DNA of 64,000 nucleotides, from positions 40,485 through 104,484 of the forward strand of contig JAVJUV010000119.1 of NCBI GenBank assembly GCA_040220415.1, written 5' to 3'. A program made the position numbers and the translations under genes. This document shows, piece after piece, positions 57,127 to 64,000 of the stretch; position 1 is the first letter of the stretch; the number at the start of each line of letters is the position of its first letter. This stretch comes from Silicimonas sp. (GTDB lineage: Bacteria; Pseudomonadota; Alphaproteobacteria; Rhodobacterales; Rhodobacteraceae). The notes under the pieces were generated by a model that worked only from the letters and a program-made list of their open reading frames with translations, had not been told where the DNA came from and did no database searches.

Positions 57127-58263
57127 TCAGGGCTTCCGGGCCTCGACCACCGAAGTGATGAATGGCCTATGTGTCGGACGGTGTCGCACCGCGACGAAAC
57201 CTGCCTGCTCCAGCATCTGAACGATCTGTCCGGGGCTTCGCGTCCGGCCTGTCTCCATCGCCATCGTGTAGACCGCGAAATAGGCGTCGCCAGCCCGCGT
57301 GGGTTGCCGTTGTCCCGCCATCGGCTCGGAAACGATCAGCCTTCCGCCAGCCGGCAAGGCCTCGTAGGCGTTGCCAAGAAGGGCTTTGACGGTCTCGTCC
57401 GCATGATCGTAAAGCACGCGTACCAGCGATATGACATCCGCACCACTTGGCAACTGATCGTCTCGAAACGAGCCGGGGTGTATGTTCACACGATCGCTCA
57501 GTTTCGCATTTCCGAATTTTTCCAGAGCCGGCGCCACGACACCCGGCAGGTCGAACAAAGTGCCCCGAAGCCCCGGCGTCGCCTCAAGTGCGGCGATCAG
57601 GAAAGCCCCCGTTCCACCGCCGACATCCATCAGGCGCGAGTGTCCAGTAAAGTTGACACTTGCCAGAGTCTCGTCCGCGACAAGTGCCTGCGTCTCGGCC
57701 ATCAGATTGGAATAACGGGCCGCGGTTTCGGGATCCTGTACCGCGCCGGCGCCGAAAACGTAGGGCCAGAAACGGGCCAGCTCGGGTCCGGTTCCGCCCC
57801 GGAAAAACGCAACCGGGTCAGCCAGATCGCGATAGAGCACCGCGTGATGAGCGATCATCTCGGACAGTCCGGGCACACCGGTCAACGCCGCCCCGCGACG
57901 GCTCAGGCCGTATTGATCGTCCTTTCGGATCAAAAGACCAAGCGCCGTGCCCGCATCGAGCAGCACGCGCATCCGATCCTCTGGAGCGCCGGCCATACTC
58001 GCCAGTCGCCGCAATGGCAGCGGTCCGTCGATCAGATCGTCCAGCGTGCCAAGACCTACAAGCGCTGAAAGGCATTGGGTATGGACGAAGCCCGCGACCA
58101 GATCGAACATCGCCTCGCCTTCCCGGCGGGTGATGCCTCGGGTCAGCGGGAAGCGCGCGGCCCATTTCTGGAATCCGCGTGAGGCCGTGAGTTTCAGAAA
58201 TCGCTGCCTCAGCCCGGGCCTTGGCGGCGGGTCGATGGCCGGACCAAGGCCGACGTCACTCAC
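57127..58263 (-). CDS. crtF: Hydroxyneurosporene/demethylspheroidene O-methyltransferase
   Basis: [33 protein letters not shown]; approximate GTG start overlapping crtE stop. Confidence 0.92.
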   Translation of the reverse strand: MSDVGLGPAIDPPPRPGLRQRFLKLTASRGFQKWAARFPLTRGITRREGEAMFDLVAGFVHTQCLSALVGLGTLDDLIDGPLPLRRLASMAGAPEDRMRVLLDAGTALGLLIRKDDQYGLSRRGAALTGVPGLSEMIAHHAVLYRDLADPVAFFRGGTGPELARFWPYVFGAGAVQDPETAARYSNLMAETQALVADETLASVNFTGHSRLMDVGGGTGAFLIAALEATPGLRGTLFDLPGVVAPALEKFGNAKLSDRVNIHPGSFRDDQLPSGADVISLVRVLYDHADETVKALLGNAYEALPAGGRLIVSEPMAGQRQPTRAGDAYFAVYTMAMETGRTRSPGQIVQMLEQAGFVAVRHRPTHRPFITSVVEARKP

Positions 58264-59143
58264 CAGGTATGGCGGAACGCGTCTGTGCTGCTTCCGCCTT
58301 GGGAATGATCTTGTCTGCTGTGGCACGTACCATGTGCGCCAGCGCGGCCTCTCCCGGACAGGACGGGATCGAGGCGATGGCCCCGGCAAGGATGTCGCGA
58401 AGCCTTTGGGTCGCGCCTTCCACGCCAAGTTCGCTGACCGCATTCGGCCGGCCGTGCAGATCGTCCTGCCCGACCGGCTTGCCGAGGGACTGCTGATCCA
58501 TCAGCGCATCGCGCAAATCGTCCGCGACCTGGAACGCCTCGCCGATACGGGCGCCAAGCTCGATCCAGGGCTCGCCCTCCTGGCCTCCGGCGATCGCCCC
58601 CATCTCGGTCGCGGCGATGAACAGCGCGCCGGTCTTGGCCAGGTGATAGGCCGAGAGGTCCACCTTGTCTTCGCTCTCCCAGCCCTGCCCGGCGCAAATG
58701 CCGAACGGCATGCCCGCGCGCTTTGCCAAGGCCAGCACCAGTTCCAGCGCCAGTTCAGGAGGCGCCCCCTTGGCACGCGCGATGGTTTCGAAGGCAAGTA
58801 TGATCAGGCTGTCGCCGGTCAGAACCGCCAGCGGTTCCGAGAAGGCGCGGTGGACCGACGGCTTGCCGCGCCGAATGTCGGCATCGTCGAAGCAGGGCAG
58901 GTCATCATGAACCAGGCTTGCGCAATGGATGATCTCCAGCGCTGCCGCTGCCGCATCCGCCAGTTTCGGGTTCCGGTCGCCGCAAGCCATGGCCACAGAC
59001 AGCAGGATGGTCGGGCGGATACGCGCACCACCCGGCGTTACGGCATAGTGCAGCGCCGAAGCGAGACGGCCCGGAGAGGGCTGCGCCTGCGCACCGGATA
59101 TGGCGGCGGTCAACGCGCTGTCGATACGGCTGTCGAGTTTCAT
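58256..59143 (-). CDS. crtE: Geranylgeranyl pyrophosphate synthase
   Basis: [36 protein letters not shown]; GGAG before ATG 59143. Confidence 0.95.
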   Translation of the reverse strand: MKLDSRIDSALTAAISGAQAQPSPGRLASALHYAVTPGGARIRPTILLSVAMACGDRNPKLADAAAAALEIIHCASLVHDDLPCFDDADIRRGKPSVHRAFSEPLAVLTGDSLIILAFETIARAKGAPPELALELVLALAKRAGMPFGICAGQGWESEDKVDLSAYHLAKTGALFIAATEMGAIAGGQEGEPWIELGARIGEAFQVADDLRDALMDQQSLGKPVGQDDLHGRPNAVSELGVEGATQRLRDILAGAIASIPSCPGEAALAHMVRATADKIIPKAEAAQTRSAIPGE

Positions 59144-59172
59144 GCCGGAGGCTCCGATCTGTTCTTCCGCAT

Positions 59173-59215
59173 TGTCCATTCTGAATGACACTGCCTGTGT
59201 AAACAATACTGGACA
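59173..59215. promoter_or_regulatory. Tandem PpsR boxes in divergent crtE/crtD promoter region
   Basis: TGT-N12-ACA at 59173-59190 and 59198-59215, 7 bp apart; minus-strand TTGACT -35 at 59229-59234. Confidence 0.88.
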
Positions 59216-59244
59216 GATGGGCGACATGAGTCAACAATCGAACC

Positions 59245-60825
59245 ATGGGAAGGCCTCAGAATTCCAATGCGGCGCACATTGCCGTCATCGGCGCCGGCAT
59301 GGGCGGGCTGGCCTCGGCCATACGCCTGGCAAGCGCCGGGTGCCGCGTGACGGTTCTGGATTCGGCGGAAGTCGCGGGTGGCAAGATGCGCTGTGTCGAC
59401 AGCCCTGCAGGGCCCGTTGATGCCGGGCCAACGGTGCTTACGATGCGGCACCAGTTCGATGCCCTGTTCGTCCTTGCAGGCAGGCGGATGGAAGATTTCG
59501 TCGATCTCGTCGAAGAACCGCTGCTGGCCCGGCACTGGTGGCTGGATGGCTCCGGCCTCGATCTGTTTGCTGACCGCGAGCGCAGCGTCGAGGAGATCCG
59601 CCGGTTCGCCGGCACGCGCGAGGCCGAGGCCTTTCGATCCTTTTCCGAACGCGCCCGTCGATTGTTCGAAGGTTTCGAGTTCGCGATGATGGAATGCGCG
59701 CACCCGACTCTGCCCGCCGTGGCGGCAACGGCGCTGCGGAACCCGGTGCTGATCCGGGACATGGCGCCCCAATCCAGCCTGGCTGGCAGCCTGGCGCGCA
59801 CCTTTCGCGATCCGCGCCTGCGGCAGTTGTTCGGCCGCTACGCCACCTACGTGGGCGGACTGCCCAGATTAAGCCCCGGCGTCCTTCAACTGATATGGCA
59901 TGCCGAGGCATCCGGTGTCTGGCGAGTGGTTGGCGGCATGTACAAGCTCGCCCATGCGTTGGCGCGTCTGGCGGAGGATCTGGGCGTCGATATGCGGATG
60001 GGCGAAAAGGTGATCCGCATCGAGAAACAGGCGGGGCGCGTCAGCGCGGTTCACACCGGGAACGGCGCAAAACTGCGGGCGGATGCGGTGGTATTCAACG
60101 GCGACCCCCGGGCACTGAGAGAGGGCCTGCTGGGCGAGGCGGTGATCGAAGCGGTCGCGCCGGCAGCGGTAGCGCCACGCAGCCTGTCGGCGCGTGTCTG
60201 GGCTTTTGCCGCCCAGCCCTCGGGGCCCGACCTCGTGCACCACAACGTCTTTTTCGGCCAGGATCCGGATGCCGAGTTCGGACCGATCCGCGACGGGCGA
60301 CCACCGGAAGACCCGACGCTTTACATCTGCGCCCAGGACCGGGGCGCCGGGGTCGACCCACCGGCACTGGAACGGTTCGAGATCATCGAAAACGCAGCCC
60401 CCGCCGATCGGGAAACGCCAGAGGAGAGGGAGCAATGTCGGACACGAGTCTTCAACCGGCTAGCGGAGTTTGGCCTGACCTTCACACCGCGTCCGGACGC
60501 CTCAAGGGTGACGATCCCGGCCGCGTTCGACCGCATGTTTCCGGCAAGCCTAGGTTCCCTTTACGGCCGCAGCCCGCACGGGATGATGGCGGCCTTCCGG
60601 CGGCCGACGGCAAAGACGCCGGTTCCGGGCCTATACCTGGCGGGGGGCGGGGTACATCCGGGGGCGGGCATCGCGATGGCTGCGCTCTCCGGACGGCACG
60701 CGGCCGAGGCGATCGCGACGGACCTTGCTTTGCCCTTGCCGTCCCGCCCAACGGATATGCGTGGTGGTATATCGACGGCGTCTCGGACGATGGGACTCAG
60801 GCCGTCTCGGTCATCGCCTTCATAG
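59245..60825 (+). CDS. crtD: 1-hydroxycarotenoid 3,4-desaturase
   Basis: IGAGMGG FAD motif, DAGPTVLTM, LFGRYATY, HHNVFF, HPGAGIAMAALSG. Confidence 0.95.
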   Translation: MGRPQNSNAAHIAVIGAGMGGLASAIRLASAGCRVTVLDSAEVAGGKMRCVDSPAGPVDAGPTVLTMRHQFDALFVLAGRRMEDFVDLVEEPLLARHWWLDGSGLDLFADRERSVEEIRRFAGTREAEAFRSFSERARRLFEGFEFAMMECAHPTLPAVAATALRNPVLIRDMAPQSSLAGSLARTFRDPRLRQLFGRYATYVGGLPRLSPGVLQLIWHAEASGVWRVVGGMYKLAHALARLAEDLGVDMRMGEKVIRIEKQAGRVSAVHTGNGAKLRADAVVFNGDPRALREGLLGEAVIEAVAPAAVAPRSLSARVWAFAAQPSGPDLVHHNVFFGQDPDAEFGPIRDGRPPEDPTLYICAQDRGAGVDPPALERFEIIENAAPADRETPEEREQCRTRVFNRLAEFGLTFTPRPDASRVTIPAAFDRMFPASLGSLYGRSPHGMMAAFRRPTAKTPVPGLYLAGGGVHPGAGIAMAALSGRHAAEAIATDLALPLPSRPTDMRGGISTASRTMGLRPSRSSPS

Positions 60826-61646
60826 GATCGGTCTTTTCGCCCTGGTACAGGTGGTCGGGTCGGAAGAATCCCGAAGATCACGTCTGCATCAATGTCGCCA
60901 CCTATGGGAAAGGCGGCCGTTTCACGATGACGGACCGTGGCGCATCCGCACTGCGCCAGTCGCCCGAAAGTTTCACGGTCGGACCATCCTCCCTGCATTG
61001 GGACGGCGAGCGGCTGGTCATCGACATCGACGAGATCTCGTCCCTGCCACTGGTCTCGCGGATGCGCGGCCGGATCGTCGTCACGCCCTCGGCGCTGACC
61101 GAAGTCGAGCTGCCGCTGACCCCATGCGGTACCCACATCTGGCGGCCCTTCGCCCCCACATCGAACATCGAGGTTGATCTCGGCAAGGGCTGGCAATGGA
61201 GCGGGCATGGCTATTTCGACGCCAATTTCGGAACACGCGCGCTCGAGCAGGATTTCGATTACTGGACATGGGGGCGTTACCCGGTGCCTGGCGGATCGGT
61301 ATGCTTCTACGACGCAGTGCGCAGGGACGGCACTGAACTGGCTGTAGGCGTCAAATTCACCGACACCGGCGAAACCGAAGCCTTCGAGTTACCACCCAAA
61401 ACGCGCATCGCGCGCTCGCTTTGGGCTGTGAAACGAGAGACGCGGGCAGACCACGGGTTTCAGCCGCGACAGGTCAAAGGGATGCTGGACGCGCCGTTCT
61501 ATTCGCGATCATTGGTCGAGACACAGATCGACGGGCACGTAACCCGCGGTGTTCACGAAGCATTGGACCTGAAAAGGTTCCGGGGGCCCTGGCTGATGCC
61601 GATGCTTGCGGTTCGCGTTCCACGGCGTGCCCGGTGGCACTTCTGA
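60435..61646 (+). CDS. crtC: Carotenoid 1,2-hydratase; start uncertain, overlaps crtD
   Basis: GYAWWYIDG, IAFIGSVFSPWY, HIWRP, GYFDANFG, PFYSRS, GVHE; nearest in-frame ATG with SD upstream of the conserved core is 60435. Confidence 0.9.
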   Translation: MSDTSLQPASGVWPDLHTASGRLKGDDPGRVRPHVSGKPRFPLRPQPARDDGGLPAADGKDAGSGPIPGGGRGTSGGGHRDGCALRTARGRGDRDGPCFALAVPPNGYAWWYIDGVSDDGTQAVSVIAFIGSVFSPWYRWSGRKNPEDHVCINVATYGKGGRFTMTDRGASALRQSPESFTVGPSSLHWDGERLVIDIDEISSLPLVSRMRGRIVVTPSALTEVELPLTPCGTHIWRPFAPTSNIEVDLGKGWQWSGHGYFDANFGTRALEQDFDYWTWGRYPVPGGSVCFYDAVRRDGTELAVGVKFTDTGETEAFELPPKTRIARSLWAVKRETRADHGFQPRQVKGMLDAPFYSRSLVETQIDGHVTRGVHEALDLKRFRGPWLMPMLAVRVPRRARWHF

Positions 61647-61649
61647 GAC

Positions 61650-62114
61650 CTAGGCCGCTGCCTCTTCGGGATTGAGTCGCCAGACGCTCCAGTTCAAGGC
61701 GCTGGCAGCCGTGACCCACGCAACATAGGGCACAAAAAGCGCGCCTGCGATCCAGTCGAGGCGGAAAAAGGCGATCATCGTTCCGAATACCGCCACCCAT
61801 AGGCAAAGTATGACGATCATCCCTGCTCGCATTCGTCGAAGCCCGAAGAAAATCGGCGTCCATAGCGTATTGAGTGCCAGTTGAAGAGCGTAGAATGCCA
61901 TTGCATGCGCATTGCCCTCAAGCAGCGCCACACGCATCGCGGCGAAAGACATGAAAAGGTAAAGCGTTGTCCATGCCACGGGAAACAGCCACTTCGGCGG
62001 CGTCCACGACGGCTTTTTCAGACCATCATACCACTCTCCCGGCTCGAACATCGCGCCGGTCGTGGCGGCGGCCATGCAGCCCGCCAGGAACAGGAAAAAC
62101 AGAAACCAGTCCAT
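61650..62114 (-). CDS. tspO: Tryptophan-rich sensory protein TspO (CrtK)
   Basis: WYDGLKKPSWTPPKWLFP, LNTLWTPIFFG, PYVAW. Confidence 0.95.
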   Translation of the reverse strand: MDWFLFFLFLAGCMAAATTGAMFEPGEWYDGLKKPSWTPPKWLFPVAWTTLYLFMSFAAMRVALLEGNAHAMAFYALQLALNTLWTPIFFGLRRMRAGMIVILCLWVAVFGTMIAFFRLDWIAGALFVPYVAWVTAASALNWSVWRLNPEEAAA

Positions 62115-62129
62115 GAGTGTCCTTGCAGC

Positions 62130-63164
62130 TTAAGCCGCGCCATTTCCCAGGTGCGACTCGCGATCACGCGCTTCCAGTTCGGCAAAGACGGCAAGCAGCC
62201 TGCCTGCCCTGCCCTCGCCCCAGCCTTCGATGGCCGGTTGCCGAGCCGCAGCATTCACCAGAAATGCGCATTCGTCCAGCGGTCGCGCATAAAGAACCGC
62301 AGAGCGCGGTGTGACTGTCGTAAGGCCGGCCTGAACCAGCGCCAGGCCGAGCCAGCCGATCTTCTGACCCTTGTAGGTTCGCGCACGGTAACTGATCGTA
62401 TCATGTCCGTTGCGCCGGATGGCGCCGCCAATGCCGGCATAGACATGCCGGGCAGCAAATATCCCGGGCCGAGCTGAAACCGGAAGAGCCGCGACTCCGC
62501 TTTCCGACCTTATATAGAGACGGTTTGCCTCAGCCAGAAGCCGCTTCACGAGAATGCGGATGCGTTCGTCGGGAACCGGGTCGACCAGGAAGGCATCGGG
62601 TTCCAGATCGACTTCGCGCAACCACTCCAGTGGCAGATAGATTCGACCGGCACGCGCATCCTCGCCCACGTCGCGGGCGATATTGGTCAGTTGCATGGCG
62701 ACACCCAGATCGCAGGCCCGTGCCAGCGCATTCGCATCACGAACACCCATCAGGACAGACATCATCGCGCCGACTGCAGCGGCGACACGGGCGGAATAGC
62801 CGAAGACGCCCGACAGGGTCTCGTAGCGCTGCTCCAGCGCATCCCATGCAAGCCCCTCCAACAGCGCATCCGGCAGCGCCTTCGGCATGTCGTGCATCTC
62901 GACCGTCGCAGCGAAGGCGCGGTCGGCGGCGGCGTCGCGGGGGCGTCCCTGGTAGATCAGGTCCAGCCGGTCGCGAAGACGCAGGACGGCATCGACCTTT
63001 TCCTCGTGCAGGTCAACCGCGTCATCCGCCAGCCGGCAGAACGCATAAAGCGCCAGCGCCGGGTCGCGCACCTTGGCCGGCAGCAACTTGGACGCGGTGT
63101 AGAACGAAAGCGACCCGTGGCGGATGGCGTCGCGGCAGATGTGAAGATCGCGCGGATTGATCAT
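62130..63164 (-). CDS. crtB: Phytoene synthase
   Basis: GSLSFY, LYAFCRLADDAVD, AMQLTNIARDVGEDA, GRIYLP. Confidence 0.96.
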   Translation of the reverse strand: MINPRDLHICRDAIRHGSLSFYTASKLLPAKVRDPALALYAFCRLADDAVDLHEEKVDAVLRLRDRLDLIYQGRPRDAAADRAFAATVEMHDMPKALPDALLEGLAWDALEQRYETLSGVFGYSARVAAAVGAMMSVLMGVRDANALARACDLGVAMQLTNIARDVGEDARAGRIYLPLEWLREVDLEPDAFLVDPVPDERIRILVKRLLAEANRLYIRSESGVAALPVSARPGIFAARHVYAGIGGAIRRNGHDTISYRARTYKGQKIGWLGLALVQAGLTTVTPRSAVLYARPLDECAFLVNAAARQPAIEGWGEGRAGRLLAVFAELEARDRESHLGNGAA

Positions 63165-64000
63165 TCGGCAGCCACTCTCCAGTCTTCGTCCCGTTGCGCA
63201 TCCGGAACCAGCTTGGCCAGAACCTCGGCTGACGAAACCACGCCCGGAAGGCCAGCGCCCGGATGCGTCCCCGCACCGACCAGATACAGACCTTCGGCCT
63301 CTTCGCTGACGTTATGCGGGCGGAACCAGGCCGATTGCAGGATGCGCGGTTCGATCGAGAACCCGCAGCCATGAGGTGAAAGATAGCGGTCGCGAAACGT
63401 CTCGGGCGTGAAGATTTCGGACGCGGAAAGATGCTGACCCAGACCGGGCAATAGTCTCTGTTCAAGGGTTTCCTGCACTTTTTGCCGATAACTCTCGGCC
63501 ATTGCGTTCCAGTCGACCGGGTTTTCGTGACCCAGATGCGGCACTGGCGAGAGGGCATAGAACACGTCGTCGCCATCCGGCGCGGCCGACGGATCGGTGA
63601 CCGTGGGCCGGTGGACATAAAGGCTCATGTCGTCGGCCAGGGTGCCGCTGGTGAAGATGTCCTTCAGCAACCCCTCGTAACGCGGCCCGGAAAGGATCGT
63701 ATGGTGTCCCACATCCTTCCAGAGATCACGGGTTCCCATGGTACCGAAATACCAGACGAACAGCCCCATCGACCAGCGGGTGCGCTCAAGGCGCGCACCG
63801 GTCCAGCGTTTTCGCGGACGATCACGCAGAAGGTGATCGTAGGTGTTGCCCGGGTCAGCGTTCGAGACGACGATGTCGGCCGGAATCTTCTGCCCGTCCT
63901 CCAGGCGCACGCCCGAAGCGCGGTTGCCCTCGAACTCGATCTTGTCGACGGTCTGGCCGAACCGAACTGCACCGCCCTGCCCCAGGATCACGTCGCGCAT
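63161..64000 (-). CDS. crtI: Phytoene desaturase, 5' part outside window
   Basis: VSNAD, WSMGLFVWYFG, HHTI, QSAWFRPHN, GAGTHPGAGLPGV. Confidence 0.95.
   Translation of the reverse strand: MRDVILGQGGAVRFGQTVDKIEFEGNRASGVRLEDGQKIPADIVVSNADPGNTYDHLLRDRPRKRWTGARLERTRWSMGLFVWYFGTMGTRDLWKDVGHHTILSGPRYEGLLKDIFTSGTLADDMSLYVHRPTVTDPSAAPDGDDVFYALSPVPHLGHENPVDWNAMAESYRQKVQETLEQRLLPGLGQHLSASEIFTPETFRDRYLSPHGCGFSIEPRILQSAWFRPHNVSEEAEGLYLVGAGTHPGAGLPGVVSSAEVLAKLVPDAQRDEDWRVAAE

Overview
GC-rich alphaproteobacterial (Rhodobacterales/Roseobacter-like) segment with two parts. (1) 1-24.4 kb holds accessory catabolic genes: a sugar ABC transporter with three Gfo/Idh/MocA oxidoreductases and a CE15-type esterase; a QuiC-type dehydroshikimate dehydratase; a degenerate EF-G paralogue; XylX; a D-2-hydroxyacid dehydrogenase; a GntR-tcuAB module with a divergent AbrB membrane protein, flanked by two gene remnants; and a LacI-regulated sugar ABC transporter with a GH5 glycosidase and an MBL hydrolase. 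(2) 24.5-64 kb is most of a purple-bacterial photosynthesis gene cluster (PGC): crtI(partial)-crtB-tspO, crtD-crtC, crtE-crtF-bchCXYZ-pufQBALMX-dxs, ppaA-ppsR-bchG-pucC-bchP-idi, and bchFNBHLM-lhaA-puhABC-bciE-acsF-puhE-hemA-cycA. It has acsF/bciE, pufX and no pufC, which fits an aerobic anoxygenic phototroph with a PufX-type core complex. Nine exact PpsR boxes (TGT-N12-ACA) were read by eye. The best novelty candidates are a 50-codon ORF coupled between bchX and bchY (too short for the ORF track), a 26-codon ORF bridging bchY-bchZ, a divergent PufX and LH1-beta, a structured puf 3' RNA, a probably leaderless bchG, and the cytoplasmic CE15/Gfo sugar cluster. No rRNA, tRNA, CRISPR or mobile element was recognised. 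All assignments come from motif recognition by eye; no searches were run.
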